64,000 bases of DNA from Auanema rhodensis. Lineage: Eukaryota > Animalia > Nematoda. The notes under the pieces are model-generated. The model made no database searches, was not told where the DNA came from, and saw only the letters and a program-made list of their open reading frames with translations. Made by a program: the position numbers and the translations under genes. Below are positions 41,501 through 55,934 of the stretch, piece by piece. Every line of letters begins with the position of its first letter. Position 1 is the stretch's first letter. The DNA lies in the NCBI GenBank assembly GCA_964057225.1, contig OZ059896.1, positions 62,001-126,000 of the forward strand. Direction: 5' to 3'.

Positions 41501-44500
41501 TGTTTTTAGACTAATATGGACATGGGGAATCTAATTTTGAAAACCGCATCTCTTTATCTTTCACGTGAAGCGAGTTACATACCAAGTGCACATCACGTGT
41601 ACATTTAATTAGCATAAATTAAAGTTCACGTAAATTTCAAAGTCATGGTTACCATGCACCAATATCAATAAAAATTTGTTTTTAGACTAATATGGAAATG
41701 GGGAATCTAATTTTGAAAACCGCATCTCTTTATCTTTCAAGTGAAGCGAGTTACATACCAAGTGCACAATACGTGTACATTTAATTAGCATAAATTAAAG
41801 TTCACGTAAATTTCAAAGTCATGGTTACCATGAACCAATATCAATAAAAATTTGTTTTTAGACTAATATGGACATGGGGAATCTAATTTTGAAAACCGCA
41901 TCTCTTTATCTTTCACGTGAAGCGAGTTACATACCAAGAGCACATCACGTGTACATTTAATTAGCATAAATTAAAGTTCACGTAAATTTCAAAGTCATGG
42001 TTACCATGCACCAATATCAATAAAAATTTGTTTTTAGACTAATATGGACATGGGGAATCTAATTTTGAAAACCGCATATCTTTATCTTTCACGTGAAGCG
42101 AGTTACATACCAAGTGCACATCACGTGTACATTTAATTAGCATAAATTAAAGTTCACGTAAATTTCAAAGTCATGGTTACCATGAACCAATATCAATAAA
42201 AATTTGTTTTTAGACTAATATGGACATGGGGAATCTAATTTTGAAAACCGCATCTCTTTATCTTTCACGTGAAGCGAGTTACATACCAAGAGCACATCAC
42301 GTGTACATTTAACTAGCATAAATTAAAGTTCACGTAAATTTCAAAGTCATGGTTACCATGCACCAATATCAATAAAAATTTGTTTTTAAACTAATATGGA
42401 CATGGGGAATCTAATTTTGAAAACCGCATCTCTTTATCTTTCACGTGAAGCGAGTTACATACCAAGTGCACATCACGTGTACATTTAATTAGCATAAATT
42501 AAAGTTCACGTAAATTTCAAAGTCATGGTTACCATGCACCAATATCAATAAAAATTTGTTTTTAGACTAATATGGACATGGGGAATCTAATTTTGAAAAC
42601 CGCATCTCTTTATCTTTCACGTGAAGCGAGTTACATACCAAGTGCACATCACGTGTACATTTAATTAGCATAAATTAAAGTTCACGTAAATTTCAAAGTC
42701 ATGGTTACCATGAACCAATATCAATAAAAATTTGTTTTTAGACTAATATGGACATGGGGAATCTAATTTTGAAAACCGCATCTCTTTATCTTTCACGTGA
42801 AGCGAGTTACATACCAAGTGCACATCACGTGTACATTTAATTAGCATAAATTAAAGTTCACGTAAATTTCAAAGTCATGGTTACCATGAACCAATATCAA
42901 TAAAAATTTGTTTTTAGACTAATATGGACATGGGGAATCTAATTTTGAAAACCGCATCTCTTTATCTTTCACGTGAAGCGAGTTACATACCAAGTGCCCA
43001 TCACGTGTACATTTAATTAGCATAAATTAAAGTTCACGTAAATTTCAAAGTCATGGTTACCATGCACCAATATCAATAAAAATTTGTTTTTAGACTAATA
43101 TGGACATGGGGAATCTAAATTTGAAAACCGCATCTCTTTATCTTTCACGTGAAGCGAGTTACATACCAAGTGCACATCACGTGTACATTTAATTAGCATA
43201 AATTAAAGTTCACGTAAATTTCAAAGTCATGGTTACCATGAACCAATATCAATAAAAATTTGTTTTTAGACTAATATGGACATGGGGAATCTAATTTTGA
43301 AAACCGCATCTCTTTATCTTTTACGTGAAGCGAGTTACATACCAAGTGCACATCACGTGTACATTTAATTAGCATAAATTAAAGTTCACGTAAATTTCAA
43401 AGTCATGGTTACCATGAACCAATATCAATAAAAATTTGTTTTTAGACTAATATGGACATGGGGAATCTAATTTTGAAAACCGCATCTCTTTATCTTTCAC
43501 GTGAAGCGAGTTACATACCAAGTGCACATCACGTGTACATTTAATTAGCATAAATTAAAGTTCACGTAAATTTCAAAGTCATGGTTACCATGAACCAATA
43601 TCAATAAAAATTTGTTTTTAGACTAATATGGACATGGGGAATCTAATTTTGAAAACCGCATCTCTTTATCTTTCACGTGAAGCGAGTTACATACCAAGTG
43701 CCCATCACGTGTACATTTAATTAGCATAAATTAAAGTTCACGTAAATTTCAAAGTCATGGTTACCATGCACCAATATCAATAAAAATTTGTTTTTAGACT
43801 AATATGGACATGGGGAATCTAAATTTGAAAACCGCATCTCTTTATCTTTCACGTGAAGCGAGTTACATACCAAGTGCACATCACGTGTACATTTAATTAG
43901 CATAAATTAAAGTTCACGTAAATTTCAAAGTCATGGTTACCATGAACCAATATCAATAAAAATTTGTTTTTAGACTAATATGGACATGGGGAATCTAATT
44001 TTGAAAACCGCATCTCTTTATCTTTCACGTGAAGCGAGTTACATACCAAGTGCCCATCACGTGTACATTTAATTAGCATAAATTAAAGTTCACGTAAATT
44101 TCAAAGTCATGGTTACCATGCACCAATATCAATAAAAATTTGTTTTTAGACTAATATGGACATGGGGAATCTAATTTTGAAAACCGCATCTCGTTATCTT
44201 TCACGTGAAGCGAGTTACATACCAAGTGCACATCACGTGTACATTTAATTAGCATAAATTAAAGTTCACGTAAATTTCAAAGTCATGGTTACCATGCACC
44301 AATATCAATAAAAATTTGTTTTTAGACTAATATGGACATGGGGAATCTAATTTTGAAAACCGCATCTCTTTATCTTTCACGTGAAGCGAGTTACATACCA
44401 AGTGCCCATCACGTGTACATTTAATTAGCATAAATTAAAGTTCACGTAAATTTCAAAGTCATGGTTACCATGCACCAATATCAATAAAAATTTGTTTTTA

Positions 44501-45059
44501 GACTAATATGGACATGGGGAATCTAATTTTGAAAACCGCATCTCGTTATCTTTCACGTGAAGCGAGTTACATACCAAGTGCACATCACGTGTACATTTAA
44601 TTAGCATAAATTAAAGTTCACGTAAATTTCAAAGTCATGGTTACCATGCACCAATATCAATAAAAATTTGTTTTTAGACTAATATGGACATGGGGAATCT
44701 AATTTTGAAAACCGCATCTCTTTATCTTTCACGTGAAGCGAGTTACATACCAAGTGCACATCACGTGTACATTTAATTAGCATAAATTAAAGTTCACGTA
44801 AATTTCAAAGTCATGGTTACCATGCACCAATATCAATAAAAATTTGTTTTTAGACTAATATGGACATGGGGAATCTAATTTTGAAAACCGCATCTCTTTA
44901 TCTTTCACGTGAAGCGAGTTACATACCAAGTGCACATCACGTGTACATTTAATTAGCATAAATTAAAGTTCACGTAAATTTCAAAGTCATGGTTACCATG
45001 AACCAATATCAATAAAAATTTGTTTTTAGACTAATATGGACATGGGGAATCTAATTTTG

Positions 45060-48000
45060 AAAACCGCATCTCTTTATCTTTCACGTGAAGCGAGTTACAT
45101 ACCAAGTGCACATCACGTGTACATTTAATTAGCATAAATTAAAGTTCACGTAAATTTCAAAGTCATGGTTACCATGAACCAATATCAATAAAAATTTGTT
45201 TTTAGACTAATATGGACATGGGGAATCTAATTTTGAAAACCGCATCTCCTTATCTTTCACGTGAAGCGAGTTACATACCAAGTGCACATCACGTGTACAT
45301 TTAATTAGCATAAATTAAAGTTCACGTAAATTTCAAAGTCATGGTTACCATGCACCAATATCAATAAAAATTTGTTTTTAGACTAATATGGACATGGGGA
45401 ATCTAATTTTGAAAACCGCATCTCTTCATCTTTCACGTGAAGCGAGTTACATACCAAGTGCACATCACGTGTACATTTAATTAGCATAAATTAAAGTTCA
45501 CGTAAATTTCAAAGTCATGGTTACCATGAACCAATATCAATAAAAATTTGTTTTTAGACTAATATGGACATGGGGAATCTAATTTTGAAAACCGCATCTC
45601 TTTATCTTTCACGTGAAGCGAGTTACATACCAAGTGCACATCACGTGTACATTTAATTAGCATAAATTAAAGTTCACGTAAATTTCAAAGTCATGGTTAC
45701 CATGCACCAATATCAATAAAAATTTGTTTTTAAACTAATATGGACATGGGGAATCTAATTTTGAAAACCGCATCTCTTTATCTTTCACGTGAAGCGAGTT
45801 ACATACCAAGTGCACATCACGTGTACATTTAATTAGCATAAATTAAAGTTCACGTAAATTTCAAAGTCATGGTTACCATGCACCAATATCAATAAAAATT
45901 TGTTTTTAGACTAATATGGACATGGGGAATCTAATTTTGAAAACCGCATCTCTTTATCTTTCACGTGAAGCGAGTTACATACCAAGTGCACATCACGTGT
46001 ACATTTAATTAGCATAAATTAAAGTTCACGTAAATTTCAAAGTCATGGTTACCATGAACCAATATCAATAAAAATTTGTTTTTAGACTAATATGGACATG
46101 GGGAATCTAATTTTGAAAACCGCATCTCTTTATCTTTCACGTGAAGCGAGTTACATACCAAGTGCACATCACGTGTACATTTAATTAGCATAAATTAAAG
46201 TTCACGTAAATTTCAAAGTCATGGTTACCATGAACCAATATCAATAAAAATTTGTTTTTAGACTAATAAGGACATGGGGAATCTAATTTTGAAAACCGCA
46301 TCTCTTTATCTTTCACGTGAAGCGAGTTACATACCAAGTGCACATCACGTGTACATTTAATTAGCATAAATTAAAGTTCACGTAAATTTCAAAGTCATGG
46401 TTACCATGCACCAATATCAATAAAAATTTGTTTTTAGACTAATATGGACATGGGGAATCTAATTTTGAAAACCGCATCTCTTTATCTTTCACGTGAAGCG
46501 AGTTACATACCAAGTGCACATCACGTGTACATTTAATTAGCATAAATTAAAGTTCACGTAAATTTCAAAGTCATGGTTACCATGAACCAATATCAATAAA
46601 AATTTGTTTTTAGACTAATATGGACATGGGGAATCTAATTTTGAAAACCGCATCTCTTTATCTTTCACGTGAAGCGAGTTACATACCAAGTGCACATCAC
46701 GTGTACATTTAATTAGCATAAATTAAAGTTCACGTAAATTTCAAAGTCATGGTTACCATGCACCAATATCAATAAAAATTTGTTTTTAGACTAATATGGA
46801 CATGGGGAATCTAATTTTGAAAACCGCATCTCGTTATCTTTCACGTGGAGCGAGTTACATACCAAGTGCACATCACGTGTACATTTAATTAGCATAAATT
46901 AAAGTTCACGTAAATTTCAAAGTCATGGTTACCATGAACCAATATCAATAAAAATTTGTTTTTAGACTAATATGGACATGGGGAATCTAATTTTGAAAAC
47001 CGCATCTCTTTATCTTTCACGTGAAGCGAGTTACATACCAAGTGCACATCACGTGTACATTTAATTAGCATAAATTAAAGTTCACGTAAATTTCAAAGTC
47101 ATGGTTACCATGCACCAATATCAATAAAAATTTGTTTTTAGACTAATATGGACATGGGGAATCTAATTTTGAAAACCGCATCTCGTTATCTTTCACGTGA
47201 AGCGAGTTACATACCAAGTGCACATCACGTGTACATTTAATTAGCATAAATTAAAGTTCACGTAAATTTCAAAGTCATGGTTACCATGCACCAATATCAA
47301 TAAAAATTTGTTTTTAGACTAATATGGACATGGGGAATCTAATTTTGAAAACCGCATCTCTTTATCTTTCACGTGAAGCGAGTTACATACCAAGTGCACA
47401 TCACGTGTACATTTAATTAGCATAAATTAAAGTTCACGTAAATTTCAAAGTCATGGTTACCATGAACCAATATCAATAAAAATTTGTTTTTAGACTAATA
47501 TGGACATGGGGAATCTAATTTTGAAAACCGCATCTCTTTATCTTTCACGTGAAGCGAGTTACATACCAAGTGCACATCACGTGTACATTTAATTAGCATA
47601 AATTAAAGTTCACGTAAATTTCAAAGTCATGGTTACCATGAACCAATATCAATAAAAATTTGTTTTTAGACTAATATGGACATGGGGAATCTAATTTTGA
47701 AAACCGCATCTCTTTATCTTTCACGTGAAGCGAGTTACATACCAAGTGCACATCACGTGTACATTTAATTAGCATAAATTAAAGTTCACGTAAATTTCAA
47801 AGTCATGGTTACCATGAACCAATATCAATAAAAATTTGTTTTTAGACTAATAAGGACATGGGGAATCTAATTTTGAAAACCGCATCTCTTTATCTTTCAC
47901 GTGAAGCGAGTTACATACCAAGTGCACATCACGTGTACATTTAATTAGCATAAATTAAAGTTCACGTAAATTTCAAAGTCATGGTTACCATGCACCAATA

Positions 48001-49987
48001 TCAATAAAAATTTGTTTTTAGACTAATATGGACATGGGGAATCTAATTTTGAAAACCGCATCTCTTTATCTTTCACGTGAAGCGAGTTACATACCAAGTG
48101 CACATCACGTGTACATTTAATTAGCATAAATTAAAGTTCACGTAAATTTCAAAGTCATGGTTACCATGAACCAATATCAATAAAAATTTGTTTTTAGACT
48201 AATATGGACATGGGGAATCTAATTTTGAAAACCGCATCTCTTTATCTTTCACGTGAAGCGAGTTACATACCAAGTGCACATCACGTGTACATTTAATTAG
48301 CATAAATTAAAGTTCACGTAAATTTCAAAGTCATGGTTACTATGAACCAATATCAATAAAAATTTGTTTTTAGACTAATAAGGACATGGGGAATCTAATT
48401 TTGAAAACCGCATCTCTTTATCTTTCACGTGAAGCGAGTTACATACCAAGTGCACATCACGTGTACATTTAATTAGCATAAATTAAAGTTCACGTAAATT
48501 TCAAAGTCATGGTTACCATGCACCAATATCAATAAAAATTTGTTTTTAGACTAATATGGACATGGGGAATCTAATTTTGAAAACCGCATCTCTTTATCTT
48601 TCACGTGAAGCGAGTTACATACCAAGTGCACATCACGTGTACATTTAATTAGCATAAATTAAAGTTCACGTAAATTTCAAAGTCATGGTTACCATGAACC
48701 AATATCAATAAAAATTTGTTTTTAGACTAATATGGACATGGGGAATCTAATTTTGAAAACCGCATCTCCTTATCTTTCACGTGAAGCGAGTTACATACCA
48801 AGTGCACATCACGTGTACATTTAATTAGCATAAATTAAAGTTCACGTAAATTTCAAAGTCATGGTTACCATGCACCAATATCAATAAAAATTTGTTTTTA
48901 GACTAATATGGACATGGGGAATCTAATTTTGAAAACCGCATCTCTTCATCTTTCACGTGAAGCGAGTTACATACCAAGTGCACATCACGTGTACATTTAA
49001 TTAGCATAAATTAAAGTTCACGTAAATTTCAAAGTCATGGTTACCATGAACCAATATCAATAAAAATTTGTTTTTAGACTAATATGGACATGGGGAATCT
49101 AATTTTGAAAACCGCATCTCTTTATCTTTCACGTGAAGCGAGTTACATACCAAGTGCACATCACGTGTACATTTAATTAGCATAAATTAAAGTTCACGTA
49201 AATTTCAAAGTCATGGTTACCATGCACCAATATCAATAAAAATTTGTTTTTAAACTAATATGGACATGGGGAATCTAATTTTGAAAACCGCATCTCTTTA
49301 TCTTTCACGTGAAGCGAGTTACATACCAAGTGCACATCACGTGTACATTTAATTAGCATAAATTAAAGTTCACGTAAATTTCAAAGTCATGGTTACCATG
49401 CACCAATATCAATAAAAATTTGTTTTTAGACTAATATGGACATGGGGAATCTAATTTTGAAAACCGCATCTCTTTATCTTTCACGTGAAGCGAGTTACAT
49501 ACCAAGTGCACATCACGTGTACATTTAATTAGCATAAATTAAAGTTCACGTAAATTTCAAAGTCATGGTTACCATGAACCAATATCAATAAAAATTTGTT
49601 TTTAGACTAATATGGACATGGGGAATCTAATTTTGAAAACCGCATCTCTTTATCTTTCACGTGAAGCGAGTTACATACCAAGTGCACATCACGTGTACAT
49701 TTAATTAGCATAAATTAAAGTTCACGTAAATTTCAAAGTCATGGTTACCATGAACCAATATCAATAAAAATTTGTTTTTAGACTAATAAGGACATGGGGA
49801 ATCTAATTTTGAAAACCGCATCTCTTTATCTTTCACGTGAAGCGAGTTACATACCAAGTGCACATCACGTGTACATTTAATTAGCATAAATTAAAGTTCA
49901 CGTAAATTTCAAAGTCATGGTTACCATGCACCAATATCAATAAAAATTTGTTTTTAGACTAATATGGACATGGGGAATCTAATTTTG
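45060..49987. repeat. About 8-monomer block repeated at a 20-monomer offset (45060-46467 vs 48580-49987)
   Basis: CTCCTTATC 45249/48769, CTCTTCATC 45427/48947, TTTAAACT 45733/49253, TAATAAGG 46269/49789; offset 3520 bp. The markers at 46833 and 46848 are not repeated. Confidence 0.8.
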
Positions 49988-52900
49988 AAAACCGCATCTC
50001 TTTATCTTTCACGTGAAGCGAGTTACATACCAAGTGCACATCACGTGTACATTTAATTAGCATAAATTAAAGTTCACGTAAATTTCAAAGTCATGGTTAC
50101 CATGCACCAATATCAATAAAAATTTGTTTTTAGACTAATATGGACATGGGGAATCTAATTTTGAAAACCGCATCTCTTTATCTTTCACGTGAAGCGAGTT
50201 ACATACCAAGTGCACATCACGTGTACATTTAATTAGCATAAATTAAAGTTCACGTAAATTTCAAAGTCATGGTTACCATGAACCAATATCAATAAAAATT
50301 TGTTTTTAGACTAATATGGACATGGGGAATCTAATTTTGAAAACCGCATCTCTTTATCTTTCACGTGAAGCGAGTTACATACCAAGTGCACATCACGTGT
50401 ACATTTAATTAGCATAAATTAAAGTTCACGTAAATTTCAAAGTCATGGTTACCATGCACCAATATCAATAAAAATTTGTTTTTAGACTAATATGGACATG
50501 GGGAATCTAATTTTGAAAACCGCATCTCTTTATCTTTCACGTGAAGCGAGTTACATACCAAGTGCACATCACGTGTACATTTAATTAGCATAAATTAAAG
50601 TTCACGTAAATTTCAAAGTCATGGTTACCATGCACCAATATCAATAAAAATTTGTTTTTAGACTAATATGGACATGTGGAATCTAATTTTGAAAACCGCA
50701 TCTCTTTATCTTTCACGTGAAGCGAGTTACATACCAAGTGCACATCACGTGTACATTTAATTAGCATAAATTAAAGTTCACGTAAATTTCAAAGTCATGG
50801 TTACCATGCACCAATATCAATAAAAATTTGTTTTTAGACTAATATGGACATGGGGAATCTAATTTTGAAAACCGCATCTCTTTATCTTTCACGTGAAGCG
50901 AGTTACATACCAAGTGCACATCACGTGTACATTTAATTAGCATAAATTAAAGTTCACGTAAATTTCAAAGTCATGGTTACCATGAACCAATATCAATAAA
51001 AATTTGTTTTTAGACTAATATGGACATGGGGAATCTAATTTTGAAAACCGCATCTCTTTATCTTTCACGTGAAGCGAGTTACATACCAAGTGCACATCAC
51101 GTGTACATTTAATTAGCATAAATTAAAGTTCACGTAAATTTCAAAGTCATGGTTACCATGCACCAATATCAATAAAAATTTGTTTTTAGACTAATATGGA
51201 CATGGGGAATCTAATTTTGAAAACCGCATCTCGTTATCTTTCACGTGAAGCGAGTTACATACCAAGTGCACATCACGTGTACATTTAATTAGCATAAATT
51301 AAAGTTCACGTAAATTTCAAAGTCATGGTTACCATGCACCAATATCAATAAAAATTTGTTTTTAGACTAATATGGACATGGGGAATCTAATTTTGAAAAC
51401 CGCATCTCGTTATCTTTCACGTGAAGCGTGTTACATACCAAGTGCACATCACGTGTACATTTAATTAGCATAAATTAAAGTTCACGTAAATTTCAAAGTC
51501 ATGGTTACCATGAACCAATATCAATAAAAATTTGTTTTTAGACTAATATGGACATGGGGAATCTAATTTTGAAAACCGCATCTCTTTATCTTTCACGTGA
51601 AGCGAGTTACATACCAAGTGCACATCACGTGTACATTTAATTAGCATAAATTAAAGTTCACGTAAATTTCAAAGTCATGGTTACCATGAACCAATATCAA
51701 TAAAAATTTGTTTTTAGACTAATATGGACATGGGGAATCTAATTTTGAAAACCGCATCTCTTTATCTTTCACGTGAAGCGAGTTACATACCAAGTGCACA
51801 TCACGTGTACATTTAATTAGCATAAATTAAAGTTCACGTAAATTTCAAAGTCATGGTTACCATGAACCAATATCAATAAAAATTTGTTTTTAGACTAATA
51901 AGGACATGGGGAATCTAATTTTGAAAACCGCATCTCTTTATCTTTCACGTGAAGCGAGTTACATACCAAGTGCACATCACGTGTACATTTAATTAGCATA
52001 AATTAAAGTTCACGTAAATTTCAAAGTCATGGTTACCATGCACCAATATCAATAAAAATTTGTTTTTAGACTAATATGGACATGGGGAATCTAATTTTGA
52101 AAACCGCATCTCTTTATCTTTCACGTGAAGCGAGTTACATACCAAGTGCACATCACGTGTACATTTAATTAGCATAAATTAAAGTTCACGTAAATTTCAA
52201 AGTCATGGTTACCATGCACCAATATCAATAAAAATTTGTTTTTAGACTAATATGGACATGGGGAATCTAATTTTGAAAACCGCATCTCTTTATCTTTCAC
52301 GTGAAGCGAGTTACATACCAAGTGCACATCACGTGTACATTTAATTAGCATAAATTAAAGTTCACGTAAATTTCAAAGTCATGGTTACCATGAACCAATA
52401 TCAATAAAAATTTGTTTTTAGACTAATATGGACATGGGGAATCTAATTTTGAAAACCGCATCTCTTTATCTTTCACGTGAAGCGAGTTACATACCAAGTG
52501 CACATCACGTGTACATTTAATTAGCATAAATTAAAGTTCACGTAAATTTCAAAGTCATGGTTACCATGCACCAATATCAATAAAAATTTGTTTTTAGACT
52601 AATATGGACATGGGGAATCTAATTTTGAAAACCGCATCTCTTTATCTTTCACGTGAAGCGAGTTACATACCAAGTGCACATCACGTGTACATTTAATTAG
52701 CATAAATTAAAGTTCACGTAAATTTCAAAGTCATGGTTACCATGAACCAATATCAATAAAAATTTGTTTTTAGACTAATATGGACATGGGGAATCTAATT
52801 TTGAAAACCGCATCTCTTTATCTTTCACGTGAAGCGAGTTACATACCAAGTGCACATCACGTGTACATTTAATTAGCATAAATTAAAGTTCACGTAAATT

Positions 52901-55900
52901 TCAAAGTCATGGTTACCATGCACCAATATCAATAAAAATTTGTTTTTAGACTAATATGGACATGGGGAATCTAATTTTGAAAACCGCATCTCGTTATCTT
53001 TCACGTGAAGCGAGTTACATACCAAGTGCACATCACGTGTACATTTAATTAGCATAAATTAAAGTTCACGTAAATTTCAAAGTCATGGTTACCATGCACC
53101 AATATCAATAAAAATTTGTTTTTAGACTAATATGGACATGGGGAATCTAATTTTGAAAACCGCATCTCTTTATCTTTCACGTGAAGCGAGTTACATACCA
53201 AGTGCACATCACGTGTACATTTAATTAGCATAAATTAAAGTTCACGTAAATTTCAAAGTCATGGTTACCATGCACCAATATCAATAAAAATTTGTTTTTA
53301 GACTAATATGGACATGGGGAATCTAATTTTGAAAACCGCATCTCTTTATCTTTCACGTGAAGCGAGTTACATACCAAGTGCACATCACGTGTACATTTAA
53401 TTAGCATAAATTAAAGTTCACGTAAATTTCAAAGTCATGGTTACCATGAACCAATATCAATAAAAATTTGTTTTTAGACTAATATGGACATGGGGAATCT
53501 AATTTTGAAAACCGCATCTCTTTATCTTTCACGTGAAGCGAGTTACATACCAAGTGCACATCACGTGTACATTTAATTAGCATAAATTAAAGTTCACGTA
53601 AATTTCAAAGTCATGGTTACCATGAACCAATATCAATAAAAATTTGTTTTTAGACTAATATGGACATGGGGAATCTGATTTTGAAAACCGCATCTCTTTA
53701 TCTTTCACGTGAAGCGAGTTACATACCAAGTGCACATCACGTGTACATTTAATTAGCATAAATTAAAGTTCACGTAAATTTCAAAGTCATGGTTACCATG
53801 CACCAATATCAATAAAAATTTGTTTTTAGACTAATATGGACATGGGGAATCTAATTTTGAAAACCGCATCTCGTTATCTTTCACGTGAAGCGAGTTACAT
53901 ACCAAGTGCACATCACGTGTACATTTAATTAGCATAAATTAAAGTTCACGTAAATTTCAAAGTCATGGTTACCATGCACCAATATCAATAAAAATTTGTT
54001 TTTAGACTAATATGGACATGGGGAATCTAATTTTGAAAACCGCATCTCTTTATCTTTCACGTGAAGCGAGTTACATACCAAGTGCACATCACGTGTACAT
54101 TTAATTAGCATAAATTAAAGTTCACGTAAATTTCAAAGTCATGGTTACCATGCACCAATATCAATAAAAATTTGTTTTTAGACTAATATGGACATGGGGA
54201 ATCTAATTTTGAAAACCGCATCTCTTTATCTTTCACGTGAAGCGAGTTACATACCAAGTGCACATCACGTGTACATTTAATTAGCATAAATTAAAGTTCA
54301 CGTAAATTTCAAAGTCATGGTTACCATGAACCAATATCAATAAAAATTTGTTTTTAGACTAATATGGACATGGGGAATCTAATTTTGAAAACCGCATCTC
54401 TTTATCTTTCACGTGAAGCGAGTTACATACCAAGTGCACATCACGTGTACATTTAATTAGCATAAATTAAAGTTCACGTAAATTTCAAAGTCATGGTTAC
54501 CATGAACCAATATCAATAAAAATTTGTTTTTAGACTAATATGGACATGGGGAATCTAATTTTGAAAACCGCATCTCTTTATCTTTCACGTGAAGCGAGTT
54601 ACATACCAAGTGCCCATCACGTGTACATTTAATTAGCATAAATTAAAGTTCACGTAAATTTCAAAGTCTTGGTTACCATGCACCAATATCAATAAAAATT
54701 TGTTTTTAGACTAATATGGACATGGGGAATCTAATTTTGAAAACCGCATCTCTTTATCTTTCACGTGAAGCGAGTTACATACCAAGTGCACATCACGTGT
54801 ACATTTAATTAGCATAAATTAAAGTTCACGTAAATTTCAAAGTCATGGTTACCATGCACCAATATCAATAAAAATTTGTTTTTAGACTAATATGGACATG
54901 GGGAATCTAATTTTGAAAACCGCATCTCGTTATCTTTCACGTGAAGCGAGTTACATACCAAGTGCACATCACGTGTACATTTAATTAGCATAAATTAAAG
55001 TTCACGTAAATTTCAAAGTCATGGTTACCATGCACCAATATCAATAAAAATTTGTTTTTAGACTAATATGGACATGGGGAATCTAATTTTGAAAACCGCA
55101 TCTCTTTATCTTTCACGTGAAGCGAGTTACATACCAAGTGCACATCACGTGTACATTTAATTAGCATAAATTAAAGTTCACGTAAATTTCAAAGTCATGG
55201 TTACCATGCACCAATATCAATAAAAATTTGTTTTTAGACTAATATGGACATGGGGAATCTAATTTTGAAAACCGCATCTCGTTATCTTTCACGTGAAGCG
55301 AGTTACATACCAAGTGCACATCACGTGTACATTTAATTAGCATAAATTAAAGTTCACGTAAATTTCAAAGTCATGGTTACCATGCACCAATATCAATAAA
55401 AATTTGTTTTTAGACTAATATGGACATGGGGAATCTAATTTTGAAAACCGCATCTCTTTATCTTTCACGTGAAGCGAGTTACATACCAAGTGCACATCAC
55501 GTGTACATTTAATTAGCATAAATTAAAGTTCACGTAAATTTCAAAGTCATGGTTACCATGCACCAATATCAATAAAAATTTGTTTTTAGACTAATATGGA
55601 CATGGGGAATCTAATTTTGAAAACCGCATCTCTTTATCTTTCACGTGAAGCGAGTTACATACCAAGTGCACATCACGTGTACATTTAATTAGCATAAATT
55701 AAAGTTCACGTAAATTTCAAAGTCATGGTTACCATAAACCAATATCAATAAAAATTTGTTTTTAGACTAATATGGACATGGGGAATCTAATTTTGAAAAC
55801 CGCATCTCTTTATCTTTCACGTGAAGCGAGTTACATACCAAGTGCCCATCACGTGTACATTTAATTAGCATAAATTAAAGTTCACGTAAATTTCAAAGTC

Positions 55901-55930
55901 ATGGTTACCATGAACCAATATCAATAAAAA

Positions 55931-55934
55931 TTTT
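55931..55934 (+). other. 1-bp T insertion in monomer 318, giving a 177-bp monomer
   Basis: AAAAATTTTGTTTTT versus AAAAATTTGTTTTT; phase shifts by +1. Could be a homopolymer sequencing error. Confidence 0.85.
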
